From Callorhinchus milii (lineage: Eukaryota): DNA of 64,000 nucleotides. The stretch lies in the NCBI RefSeq assembly GCF_018977255.1, contig NW_024704747.1, positions 25,606,001-25,670,000 of the forward strand, read 5' to 3'. The notes under the pieces are model-generated. The model was given only the letters and a program-made list of their open reading frames with translations. It searched no databases and was not told the DNA's origin. Positions 50,601 to 63,404 of this stretch are shown here, in pieces (position 1 is the first letter of the stretch; each line of letters begins with the position of its first letter). Both the position numbers and the translations under genes were made by a program.

Positions 50601-51785
50601 TCTCTGGTCCTTGTTGGTTGAAAACAATCCTGTTGTTCTAGTGGGAGAACTTTGATGTCTAATTATCACTAAATCTCTGTTAACCATGCTTCAGCACAGA
50701 GTTCTCACATCCCAAACAGCTGCAGAAGTGAATCCCTTCATTCACAGTCAGCACAAATCACACTTTTTCTATCACTTTATTCGGGTTGCCTTTCTATGAC
50801 CTCTCCCTGCAGAGATTTGAACTGATTGAAGAACTGATTTCTCTATCATAGTAGTAGGGGAAAGGAAGAATGCATCAGTTGTTTGACCTGCAATGTAGGA
50901 GCTTAACGTAATGTAATTGCGATGTCCGGCTGATTGCCCTTTGCCATGCACATAAAACCATCCACTAGAGTGAGAACTTTTAATATCATGCTGCGCTGAG
51001 CCAGTGGAAGAATTTTGCTGTGAGACAAACCCATTTAGCCCTTATTTTAAGATTATGGCCTCTTGTAACTACCGGAAGAAGATTTGCTCAACACCTTTTT
51101 GCAAGCACTTTCACACCTTAAGCAGCTTTATCAAATTCCCCCTCAGCAATCTGAACTTGAGAAAAGGGTACAACAGTTTCAGCTTTATGTTAGTAAATCA
51201 GCAACATTTGTCAGCCTGCTATCAACAGCTGCAATTTCTCAACATTATTATGTTGACAATTGTAGGCAAAATGTCAAACTTTCTGACAGGTGTTGATCAA
51301 TATCAACCCTTTTATTATCACTGATTTGATATACTGTATTTAAAATGAGATGTTATTTATATTCCAGGTGCAGAGCAAGCTATTTTGGAATGAGAATTGT
51401 TGAAAGCTTCAAATATGCTTTGGTAAAAGGAAATAAAAGAAGCTGTGAAACACCTTTGATATTTGGTGGTTATAATTAAGAGACTGGCTCAACTGACTAA
51501 AAGTGCTGTCTCTTTAAAACTACCGTAATTGACTGAATGCTCTATAATGGGAACCCCTGGCACAGGATGAATCGCTGGGTGTTACATTAAGACATATAGC
51601 TGTAAATAATGAAGTTAACACCAAACATTTGCATCCATTAAATTCAACCCAAAAAAATCTCATTATGTTACTGTGGTATTAAGTAACGGAAGTGCAAGGT
51701 TTTTGATCTAGTTATCAAGAAAGATCCAATATGTATATGTGTGTTGACGGGGGATTTGGTTTTCAACAGTCTATACTATTGTTTT

Positions 51786-52003
51786 AGAACAGTGCTATGG
51801 GATCTTTAATGGCACCTGAATAGGCAAATGGGACCTCGGTTTCAAGTCTCATTCAAAGTATGGTATTTCCGACAATGTAATATTGTCCAGCGCTCCACTG
51901 GAGTGTCGGCTTGGGCTATGTGAGTTCAAGTCCCAACATGGGGCTTGAACTCACAACCTTCTGACTCAGAAGTTAGAGTGCTACCACTGAGCCAGGCTGA
52001 CAC
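51786..52003 (-). mobile_element. Deu-domain SINE (head plus Deu domain)
   Basis: Reverse complement reads gtgtcagcctggctcagtggtagcactct..gagtcagaaggttgtgagttcaagcccc...gaaaccgaggtcccatttgcctattcaggtg..ttaaagatcccatagcactgttc. Confidence 0.88.
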
Positions 52004-52618
52004 TGACACTATAAATTACAGAAGCTGTCTGCTGGCCACTCACCTTTAATGGCCCCTGCACTGCTGAGGTGAGAATTTCATTTTCTTTGGGATTCAGACT
52101 GTAACTGCTTCAAAGTTGCATGATTTATTCTGCTAATAGCAAGATCCTACAACTTCTAAGGCAATGCAGCAGTAGGTGCGTGGAGAAATTCACATAAAAT
52201 CCAGGGTCAAAAAATGTTCGGATTTTACTAATCAGAGACAGACATTCACTGCATTTACTGCCTTTAATTTACACTTTGTACTGTGTCCAAATTCAAAATA
52301 GTCCTTTAAATTTCCATTCCACATGAGCACAATTATTCTTTGATGCTCAGTCATAATGTTATCACACTAATATTACAGGCATGGCCTGAACTGATTTTCA
52401 AGTTGGTCATTACTATTAACATGTTGGCGCTGAACTGTGCTTCACGGGTACCAAAAAAAGACCTTTTCAACATGAAAAGGGGGCACTATTGGGGCACAGT
52501 ACACAGCTTGGATGTTGTCCCACCATTGGTGAATGAGCATTCAGCAACCTCACTCCACCCTTCTGGAACTCTCTCTCTCTGTGCTTCCACCTTGCCCCCT
52601 CGCTATGCGTCTTCATGT

Positions 52619-53006
52619 GTGTGAGCTTGGCTCAGTAGTAGCACTCTTGCCTCTTAGTCAGAAGTTTCTGGATTCAAATAACACGTTACGCCTTGAACTC
52701 ACATAGTCTAAGCTCCACGACAGCACTGAGGGGATGTTGCATTGTTGGAGGTGCTGCCCTTCGGGTGAGATGTTAAACCGAAGTCCCTTCCGCCTGTTCA
52801 GGTGGACTTTCAAGATCCCACGGCACTATTCAAAACGAGAATGGTCCTGACCAACAATCCCCTCCCCACCAAAATATTGGTCACTTGTTTTGTAGCTGTT
52901 TGTGGGACATTGCTGTGTGCAATTGTGCTGCCGCATTTGACTACAAATACACAGTCATTTCATTTCACAGTAAATCATGTGAAGTACTATATAAATACAA
53001 GGCATT
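52619..53006 (+). mobile_element. Near full-length Deu-domain SINE
   Basis: tRNA-like head ttggctcagtagtagcactcttgcctc, Deu domain gagatgttaaaccgaagtccc..gcctgttcaggtggac..aagatcccacggcactattc, shared 3' module. Confidence 0.9.
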
Positions 53007-53870
53007 GTCAGAAAGGGTATACGGTATTGTCATAGATGTTACTCCAGTCCAACCAAAGATCCATAGGGCAGAAAGACATAAGATTGAGCACTGATAAGTC
53101 AATTTTTTCATCAACCAAACAGAAACATTTCAATTGCAGGTGTTAATAAACATAAGTGAAAGAGTCCATTAAAGGCAGCTTTAGAGTTCAGCAGCTCCTA
53201 TAAAACATTCATTCTTCTCTTATACCTTAAAAGTCTATTTGAACCCCTGGACTGTGTTTCAGTTACCATCCTATCAGTTACAACAACACATAACAAATTG
53301 CAGTTATAGTCTTTATTGAAGAAGAGATACTGAACATAGAAAGATACTGCAAAAGATTTAGACTGTGAATTCTTTTAAGACAATGTAAAAAGGAAAGCAA
53401 GAGATAGAAAGCAAGTCAGGACTAGATCGACTGTGACTGAACAGTATAGTCCATAAAAAACTGAGAGCTGTCAATTAGCAGGAAAAGGATGGCACAGGCT
53501 GGATCTGCAATCCCACATTCTCTATAAATCTGTATAGGCGGCATATGAGCTGCAGCCACAAGCTGTTCATGTGGCAACCCAGCAGAAAATAGAACCCATA
53601 AAACTGTCACTTGGGGAGAAATGCGGAGGAGATTTGTTTATGACTGCCATAATTCAGAAACACCTTAGTTTAAAGTAACCACAAAAATTACAATAAACAC
53701 CTCTTCACTGCATTGATCATACTGCATCAGCAGAAACATTATTAGGGAAATATGGAAGGAGGCTTACTAATACTGGTTGTAATTCACAAATGTGCAGATA
53801 TGGTATAATCTAGAAATTCCAGGCTGTGAGTTACTGAACTACAAGCAAACAGTGCAGTTTCCAGCACGTA

Positions 53871-54805
53871 GATATGAGGCTAAATCAAAGATTATACAGG
53901 AACATTCTCATTTGCATGCTGTCAATTAAAAAAAAAACTATACTGTTGCATAATTTGCAAATCAAAAGCTCCAGAATGCATGTTTCTTATAAACAGCTGT
54001 GTTCCCATTAAGCTCCTTCCGTCCTATCTTTCCAGATGAAAACACAACTTCTTTGCTAAAGGGTGATTACAAGCACAGCATGTTCCTTTGAATACATCGT
54101 CAACCTGTATGGAATGGGTCTGCTTCTCAGTCTGCAGGTAAAAACTTTTTTGAGGGTTATGAGCCGGTTCTGAAGAATGCTCTCCAACTTCTCAAAATCT
54201 GTACAAGTATACTTTCTTAGGGGTATATCACAGACACGGAGGAACTTTGCTCCAAAAGTAGGTGAGAACAGACTTTCTGCAGGTTTCTTTGTCATACTTC
54301 CAGTTACCTCATGGAATGCCCATTTGTAACTTGGTCTCCTTATTAAGAAATTCTGTTGGAAATCATTGCATTTTAGACCTCAGTATAGCTGTACGAGTTG
54401 ATCCCTTTAAGTGTAGTTAAAAGATTGGCTATTCACTAAAATGTTATTGGAGTTTTGACATTAAAATAATGGGATTACAGAGTAACTCAGCCATTGAAAT
54501 CTGAAGCATTTAGAGGCTCTGCAATATAACTCAACAGATGATTGGCAGCACAGTACTTAATAGCATTAGCCATTAACAGATAAGGGCAATGTGGTATACA
54601 TTTCCACGTGGAATTTTAGGCCTACCAGTGAATGGGATGCACTATACAGGTGTTGGATACTAGGCTTAATCAAAGGTTATATGGGAACATTCTCATTTGT
54701 ATGTTGTCAATCTAAAAATAATTAATCTTTACTGTTTATCATAATTTGTAAATTAAAAGCCAAAAACATACATTTCTTATCATCATCAGTGTTCACATTT
54801 AGTTG
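53871..54805. repeat. Diverged ~145-bp direct repeat pair (53871-54014 and 54656-54805)
   Basis: Shared aatcaaag, ggaacattctcatttg (53899-53914, 54684-54699), tgtcaat, cataatttg, aaaagc, tttcttat, gtgttc. Confidence 0.85.
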
Positions 54806-55192
54806 TAGGAGGGAAGAGGAAATCAGGCAGAAATTTCATCTGGGGGTTCAAGAAGAATATAAGAGGAACACAGATACATTTAAAAAGAAGGCAAACTGGA
54901 AGGCAAACTAGAAATCATATCCTAGATGTGCTAAAATGCTACATAAATAGGCTAAACCTAGCTGGGGAGGAATTACTTCCAATCACCCAATTAATTTATT
55001 CTAATAAGGCTGCTTTGATGCATGTTTATCATCTCTTACTTACAAACAGCAGCAATCCAAACTGTTTTGGCCTTAATGGGCTAATGTGTATTCTTACTAT
55101 TGAATACAATTGGAAATCTTACTCCTGCATTGGCTTAAATGGTTTAAACACAATATAATATTGTTATGGATCATATAAACCAGCAAAGAGAG

Positions 55193-55252
55193 AAGTCACA
55201 TTCCCCTTTTCTAAGTCAAAAAGAGTAAGTCACATTCCCCCTTTCTAATGTC
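55193..55252. repeat. Short tandem duplication
   Basis: aagtcacattcccc..ttctaa occurs twice ~34 bp apart. Confidence 0.8.
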
Positions 55253-56671
55253 ACTTAACTTTCATGTTGATTTGAGCATGTGCTGAGCATTAAAACTAGC
55301 TATTTTAATTTTAAAAATAACTATTTTAACCATAAATCTGATTATAAACAAGCAATTAAAAAAATACTATATTTAGTAATCAGCACATAGTAGACACCAT
55401 TGTCTCGATTTAATGATACCTAATGCTAATTAAGCGCTGTGCTGTCAATTGTGACTTAACACTTTACAAAACGTTCCTTGTGCCTCAGCCTTCAAAAGAC
55501 AGACAAAAGTATCAAGTCAAGAGTGTTCATGATGGCACAGGAAGAAGTGTTCTAACTCATCTGTCATTGAGCAGCATTAGTAAAACATAATAGGGTGAAA
55601 AAAAGAAGTGACTGCGAGATGGCAATAAATGTTCAGGTAACTTCCTTTACAGCAATAAGGTTTATGGGACAATTCAATGGAATATACTGTTCTTTACTGA
55701 AATTAGTCACTCCAGTACCGACAGCAGCATCCATTTTATAACAAAAAGAAGTCTGTGCTCCGCAGACTGAAAAAGGTAATAACAATCCATTGGAACACTT
55801 AGGAATGAAGGTAACTGAGATGAGTTGATTGTGGCAATGAAATGACTTCCAGCAATATTCGTACACTTATCTTTGCAAATCTTGTAACTTTGCCAATGTG
55901 ACAATGCTCCTTTAATACTGTATATTATTGTGAGGTTTTACACAGTACTGAATGTTATAAATACATAAACAAACAAATATTATACTTGAAAATTCATTTC
56001 TCGCATGCCTGTTTTCAACTCATAAAATCAAATGTTACGCTTATATTCCTTGAATACATCAACTATTCATAAGGAAATAAACACAGAACTGTGGGTATTC
56101 AGCATGTGGGATGCAGTTCACTGGGTTTGTATGGAATATGTGTCAGTATAAATGCACTGAATACATATCTTCATGCATTCTCAAACAGGGGATATTTGTG
56201 AGCCCTTGTAAAATGTTTTTGTGTCAAGCCTTAGACATGAATGAAAGACTGATTGACGTTGCATTGTGTATAATCGCAAGCATTCATTTGAACTACCAGA
56301 CCCAGGAAGGAACTCTTGTGATGACTAGTTAATCCTGCATGGATTAAGAGACTTGACTCTTGCACTCTAGCGCTATGTTTCCTTGAGATGTTTTTCATGT
56401 TTCAAAGAAAAATAACATTAAGTGGAAAGCTTGGTGATGCTTTTGCCAAATTGGCCCACCCTTCCATATCAACACAGTTGTTTCCTTGGCTCAGTTGACA
56501 GAGCAGTAAGATTTAGGATGGACGTATCTTCGTGATGTAGTTGGCTGGCTGCCTCTTCTGGTAAAGTGATATGTAAATCAACCTTTAAAATATTTCAGGT
56601 CAGGTTTCACTAGCGTAGCATAGTGAAACCTAGGGTAGGACATTGACTTATCTATCCCATAAATACAGGAA

Positions 56672-56688
56672 GGCGCCCTCTTGTGGTA
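56672..56688 (-). promoter_or_regulatory. Strong CTCF motif
   Basis: Minus strand taCCACAAGAGGGCGCc, near-consensus CTCF core with a retained CpG in CpG-poor DNA. Confidence 0.55.
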
Positions 56689-57719
56689 GTCAAATCCTTA
56701 CCAGTAAATGAAGAACGGAAAGTTTAGCACAGTTTCAGGCCTGACATTACAGTGGTACCTGAAGCCATTTACAGAATGGTTACAAATAGGTTGCAATCTC
56801 CTACAATCTGTTAGTTTTAAAGTCAGTTCACCGTTAATGATAGCTACGCATATGGTAACCATAGAGAAGCCCAGTTACCATAAACACTTGGGACCTTAAA
56901 AAAAGGGCATTAATCTGAATTTGCATATAAGTGGCTGAGACAATGAAACCCCATTTAACAGCTTCACATAAAAAGTAAATCATGTTACTAAAACATCTGG
57001 CCAGAAGATTGTTGTTGGCAGCGCAGCACAAATATCCTGGTAATGTCACAGCAAACACATTCGGGTTGGATGACTTCCATGAAGCACCAAAGTAGTTTCT
57101 ATCAAGGCCGTGAAGCAAATACTCAATTGCTCTACAGCCCTCTGATCGGAGCAAATGGAAAACAAGGACGTATTTTTGTACTCTCTGGAAGCATTCTGTC
57201 CGTTAAATCCTTTGGAAAGAAACTGGATATTTGTTCAGTTTAGTGCAAAACTGAAGGCTGCAAGTAAGGATTAGGTATAAGTGATCATATCCTCTGGATT
57301 GCAAAAAGGACTTAGTGAGAATATCAAAGTACAATCTGTGGTTGGGTTGATGATATCGGCTTCAAATGTTTGATATCCTGGAAGTATTGCTCTATCACTT
57401 TTGGATGAGGAAAGGTGTTAAAAATCTCAGAGAGTTTTATTTTGCATGCTTTGCCTGTGTTCAATTCAACTCTTTCGAGAAATTAAAGGTATTGAATGGT
57501 ATCAATGTCAGTGCAGTTTGTATATTGGAAGGAGTCGGTTTTCAGAATAACCTTTTCACGTTCCACATTTTATTTTCCACTTTACAATGATCCTCTCCTG
57601 GAGCGAGTGAGTCATACTGGCGTGTAGTATAATATCATCAGAAACTTTCCAGTACAAGTCAAGTGGTACTACCACAGATGTGAGACTAGACTGAGGGATG
57701 ACAAGCTATTTAGCTCAGT

Positions 57720-58779
57720 GGAGTCCTGTAGCTCAGTGGTTAGTCACTTAGTGGTTAGTTAGCCCCACCTCCACAATATTGCCTGGCTCCACCACTGTCT
57801 CACACCGCAGGCCGCCAAAACCCTCATACACGCTCTTGTTACATCGAGGCTTGACTATGCAAATTCCTTGTCTGTCGGCCTCCCCAACTCCTCCCTCCAT
57901 AGACTGCAGATCATCCAGAACTCTGCAGCCCCTGTCCTAACCCATACCAGGCTCCGTGACCCTACAACCCGTATCCTCGCCTGACTCTACTGGCTTCCCA
58001 TCACACAGAGGATACAGTTCGAGATCCTGATTCTCACCTTCAAAGCCCTCCATGATCTTGCTCCCCCTACCTCTGCAACCTCTTAACCCCCTAACATCCT
58101 GCTCACTCCCTCCCCTCAGCGGGCTCCAGCCTGCTTCACGTCCCCCGCCTCACTCGCCCCACTATTGGCGGACGGGCCTTCTGCCACTCTGCCCCCACCT
58201 TCTGGAACTCCATCCTGCAGTCTCTCACCTCGCCCCTTCCCTTGCTTCCTTCAAGACCCATCTGAAGACCCGCCTCTTTGACTGTGCTTTTGATCTCCCT
58301 GCTTCCGCCCCTGGCCTCTACCCTCCCCGACCCTGACCCCCAGCTTGGGTCCGAAACTCTGTCTGTCCAGCACCTTGGGATATCCTCCCGACTTGAAAGG
58401 CACTGTACAAAAATAATTTTGTTGTTGTCAGAGCACTCGCCTCACAAGCGAGAGACCTGGGTTCGATTCCCGACAGGACGAAATGTTGGGCAAGTTTCCT
58501 TACTCCACACGCCTCTGTTTACCTATCAGTAAGTAGGAACCCGGTTTTTAGTCGATTGGCGGATCGCTTTTCCGGGGATAATAATCACTCAAAAAAAACA
58601 ATAATAATTTGGTCACTCAATCCACGACTGTTTGTGGGACGCTGCTATGCACAATTTGCTGCCATGTTTCGCTTACAAATATACAGTCAATTCACTTTAT
58701 AGTATATTCTGTGAAGCGCTTTGAGACGTCTCGAAGACGTGAAAAGCGCTATATCAAATGCAAAGATTATTATTATTAT
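57720..58779 (+). mobile_element. Long-subfamily tRNA/CORE-like SINE split by an L2 insertion (57720-57743 + 58430-58779)
   Basis: ggagtcctgtagctcagtggttag | agagcactcgcctcacaagcgagagacctgggttcgattccc rejoins to the head seen intact at 47372 and 44068. Confidence 0.92.
57762..58429 (+). mobile_element. 5'-truncated L2-clade LINE (ORF2 C-terminus + 3'UTR)
   Basis: HLHNIAWLHHCLTPQAAKTLIHALVTSRLDYANSLSVGLPNSSLHRLQIIQNSAA...LYWLPITQRIQFEILILTFKALHDLAP; SLASFKTHLKTRLF; (ttg)n tail. Confidence 0.95.
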
Positions 58780-58866
58780 ATAAATGCAAGTTGTTGTTGG
58801 TTTGCTAACAGTTCTAGTATGCTAATATCCTTCGTGGATATGTTTGTAATATCATTGTGAAGCTCA

Positions 58867-59283
58867 TGGGACATCCTCCCAACTTGAAAGGCACTTATAA
58901 ATGTAAATATGTAAAAATATATATAAATATATATTCGATTCCCAGCTGGGTGAAATGTTGGGCAAGTTTCCTTACTCCACATGCCTCTGTTTACCTAGCC
59001 GTAAATAGGAACCTGGTTGTTAGTCGATTGGTGGATTGCTTTTCCGGGGATAATAATCCCTTAAAAAATAATAATAATAATAAATTGGTTCCTCAATCCA
59101 CGACTGTTTGTGGGACACTGCTGTGTGCAATTGGCCGCTGCGTTTCACCTGCAAACCATACAGTCAATTCATTTTACAGTATACTCTGTGAAGCGCTTTG
59201 AGACATCTAGAAGACGTGATAAGGCGCTATATCAAATGCAAGGATTATTATCATTATTATTATTATTAAATTGTTGTTGTTGG
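58867..59283 (+). mobile_element. L2 tail plus 5'-truncated long-subfamily SINE
   Basis: gggacatcctcccaacttgaaaggcac (L2 tail), then ttcgattccc..gaaatgttgggcaagtttcc...aaatgcaagg(att)n. Confidence 0.9.
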
Positions 59284-59932
59284 TTGTCCTACAGTATTTT
59301 AACTGGAGGATGCTTCCACACTGTCAGCTGCCCAAGGACAGATGGCTGTAATTAAACAAGTGAACTGGATGCATTTTTCATTGACAATTAACTTTACCAG
59401 GAACTAATAGAGACTTTCCCCAGTCTGACAGACAGACACCTCTGATTAAATCTGTGCGTACAGAAAAGAATTCATTAATATATCGATCGGCAATCTGTAA
59501 GTCTTCAAGTTCAAACAGCTGTATATTTTACTCATCTGCTGAGATTGTAGTAATAACGGCCACTCGAATGTTATGGAAGAAAATTTGTTTTAACCTTAAA
59601 CCGAAACGTAAGCTTCTACACTGTGATCAGACTTGGAATGCTTCTCTTGGAAGCTGGAGCCAACTGATGAATGGCATTGCAGCCTCTCGTGGCTTGCTAG
59701 AAAACTTCCGTTTGATTGTTCCATGTAATGTTCCAGGATTGATTAAAATGACTGTAATGCTAAGTAAGATCGATTAGACTCGGCTCTTGTTCAGCCCAGC
59801 CAGTTTCCCAGGCCTGGTCGTCAGTTGTGAACTGTGTAACAAGGTCTATTATGAAAAAGAACACGATTTGTATTTATTACAAGGCCAAGAGGAAATAACA
59901 CCAAATAGTACCAGACCACTGCAAGCAGAATA

Positions 59933-59992
59933 TAACAACTTGTATTTATCTGGGACGCTACCCTCATACAGGGTGGTGTCCCAGAGCGCTTC
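59933..59992 (-). mobile_element. L2-type 3' tail
   Basis: aacaacttgtatttat...ccctcatacagggtggtgtcccagagcgct, same family as inserts at 24466 and 30979. Confidence 0.6.
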
Positions 59993-62914
59993 CCAGAGAA
60001 TAAACCCTTCCAGGTCAATGGGAGGGAACTTTTTTTAGTCAGTTATGTGTCTGACACTATCACACTGGAAACCCATCAAATGTTTAACAGCATCCAAACC
60101 AGACTGAGAGTTCCCACATGTGTGTATGTCACCTACACACAGAACTGTCCCTTATCTGGAATAGAATGCCCACTCTGTCCCTGGAAGGATCATCCTGCTG
60201 GTCTAATTTTGGAAAATTTTAGGTGTAGGTTGACAAGAGGCAAGACTAAGGATCCTCCGAGTGTGTGTTGTGACACTGTTGGAGTTTAATCAGCTGAAAG
60301 AGCATTGTCTGGCAAGCTTTTCACTGCTTGTCCTACTATGATTGCCTACACTCAGGACTTTGGCTTTCCGAGTTAACAGGAGTTGAGCGGGAAGAATCCC
60401 TGGCTCCAGCAACTGATCTGCCCATCCAAGACTCATTATCAAATGTAAGTATTATTATTATTAAGGTAGATACCAAGATATCAAGCTGACATATGAGAAT
60501 ACCCATCATGCGGGATATAGCAATGGCACAGCTTGTGAATTTGGTAAAGAATTATTATGCCTTTTTAAAAAAAACTTGTGGAGATCTTGAAATCACCCAC
60601 TTGCAAAGTGAGGTGGTCAGGGATGTTCTGCAATTGCTTCACAATGGCAAAGAAGACACCGGCAGGGACAAATGGAATTTTTTTTGCAAAAGCAAACAGG
60701 ACACATTTTGAACCCGGTGGAACAGAAAATGATGCAGAAAAAATAACATGAAATGAACGACAATTGCAGAAAGCAGGTACCCCCTCCCTGAAAGACATAC
60801 AATAAAGTGAATCTTTTCTGTACAGAAGGAACTTATTTTGACGTGTTTGGCCTTTAAAGCGATTTAAAACCCAGGTTCAAATCATTGCTCTGTAAGTCGA
60901 CAATATACTTTTACCCTGGGGGTGCAGAATGGGAGGGGTGGGGGAAGGGGGAGGAGAATTAAATGTATTCCAGTTCATTTTCAGAGCAACAAAGCACAAT
61001 GTGTTTTCTTTTAAATATTACCCATTGCAAAGCAGCTTCACCAAAACAGCTCATTCCCCCCAAAAAAATATCCCCACAAATGATCTGGAGGTTTTCAACC
61101 AGAGACTTGCGGAGTCGTTTGATTTACTGAATTATTGTGATGATCAGAGACGACATGGCAATGGGTTTCTGCTTCTAATCATTCCATGTGCACCCTATCC
61201 AGACATGTAAAATGAGGATCCCATTTACTGGGGACATATTACGCTCGTTCCCAAATTCTGGAGTCGCATGACTGCCCTGCCATACAGTCAACATCCGTGC
61301 TTGAATAAGCATCAGAGCTCACCTCATTCATATTCTGCACACGTTTAATTGCCTTGACATTAAAAAGCAAGATGCAGGTTGCAGTGCAATTGCGAAAGAT
61401 AAACGTAGACAGATGAATGAATGGTTGGAAGAAAGATTCGCGTGTATATTTTCCCTCCTTTGCAGCTGAACAAAAAATGGTATATCTTTCCACAAGAGAA
61501 AACGATACTCTTAAGAAAAATAACCCCGAGTTGACTAGTTAGTGACTCACACCACTCATTGCATCACACATCTGCAGAAAGAGCAGGTGAAGTTGAAATG
61601 ATTGGAAGCTGAACAATGATCTAGACATATGATATGCACATTTCCACTTGATGTCTTCCAAAAGCCATTCTTCATCCATGTCATTTGCATCAGCATCTAT
61701 TGTCTTGTTTTTTTTTTCATCTGCTTTCTCTCAAATTCATTTCAATAAATCAATTAAAATGCACAGCTGTTTCAGAGCTCTCTGCAGGTAAGTCCATATG
61801 GTTTTGATGAAAACAATTGAGCATGTCTAGTAATGAGAAGCCACAAAATGACTTCATTCGAAGCATTACATTTGCTGCACAACAGCTAGAGGATAAATGT
61901 CTTCTGTGTCGCAAGTAAAAAAGCACCCTGAAAACTCTACACATCCTTCAATGCTTCCAGTTTAATTATAATTAACAAAATGATAAAGACATTTGCAAGA
62001 GATATTTCAATGCAGTTACTCCTAAAACACCACATTTATATTCAACTGGGGAGAAGGTTGCAATTTAATCAGAAAACTTGAAAATGCTCTAATCAGATGC
62101 TAGTGAACCAATTTTTCAAAAGGTCTTTCAGAAGTTTGCTAATAAGTAAGCAAAGGTCTATTAAGGGAGTACAATACAATGCATTTCTATAAACGTCCAT
62201 GATAGACAGATACATGGCATACAATGCTTTGAATTTTTCTAACAATGCTTTTTTAATGAACCAGATGTTGGGTTTCAAAAGAAATCTGCCTACATTTGGA
62301 GGGCTCTGTATCACATTAAACTTCCATACTTAGTGTTACATTTACACTTCAAAGAGTAATATTGAAATACATTTTGAATTGAGGTGAAGGTCAGTCCTTA
62401 ATAAATTATTGTTTGTAAAATAAATGGCAATTCTGCATTCTATACCCATTCTAAGCACTTTACAATAATGAACTTGGTGTAGCTCAATGCTTTAATCATG
62501 TCAAGGTTCCCCTGTTTCAACATAAAACACACTGCAATATTTATTATTACCATTTGTGATAGACTGTGATGCAACTGTTGAGCTGTGCCAGGTGAAATTC
62601 TTTCGAGGAATGCAGACGCTTAACAGCCATTAAGGTCTTCTCTCCGCCAATAGCATCAGTGGGATTCGGTTATTTATCCGCTGATGCTAACTTAGCTGAA
62701 ACGTCTGAAAAGAACAATGTGACTGCCATATCTGAGCAGATTATTTTCAGACTGGGGTAGGGGTGGATTGGCTCCCTGAAAGAGGTGGCGGGGGTGCCGA
62801 TTTGTGTGGGAGTGTGGAGGGGGTGAATGGCAAAAAGCATACAACAATGCCCAAAAGCATAGCCCTGCCTTCCCATATCAGTATCATCTGGACCTTGGCA
62901 ATGCTTCGGCTGCT

Positions 62915-63307
62915 TTCGGGTTGAAGGGTGATCTGATTGAGGTTTTTTAAATAAAAGAGTGATTCGATAGGATAGAAATTTCCTCTGGTGGGGGTAATCC
63001 AGAACAAGGGGGCATCATCTTAAAATTAGAGCTAGATTGTTTACCAGTGAAACCAGGAGGCAGTTTTTCACCCAAAGGGTAATGGAAATCTGGAACTCTC
63101 TGCCAAGAAAGGCTGTGGATTATGGCTAGATCCATTCACATTTTCAAGACTGAGTGGATTGATATTTATTAGGTAAGGGCATCAAGGGATATGAGGCAAG
63201 GGTGGGTAATTGATTGGTGTTCAGGTACAGATCAGCCATGATCTTATAGAATGGAGGAACAGAGTTGAGGGGCTGAATGGCCTATTCCTGTTTCTAAGTT
63301 GTGTATG
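62915..63307 (+). mobile_element. CR1-clade (shark HER1-like) LINE 3' end
   Basis: GDLIEVF, SRTRGHHLKI, FFTQRVMEIWNSLP; 3'UTR gatcagccatgatcttatagaatggaggaacagagttgaggggctgaatggcctattcctg. Confidence 0.92.
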
Positions 63308-63404
63308 AGCCTTCTTCTTGATCCAGGTACCTTACGGGTTGAAGGTTAATAAGTAAATTCCATTAGATCCAACATAAAATTGAGCTCCTGCAGAGTCCAT
63401 TCCA

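Noticed and set aside
53720-53730. tactgcatcag matches the 5' end of miR-217; tagtgcaatat at 49135 matches that of miR-454
   Set aside because: Matches stop after 11 nt and no precursor hairpin is evident.
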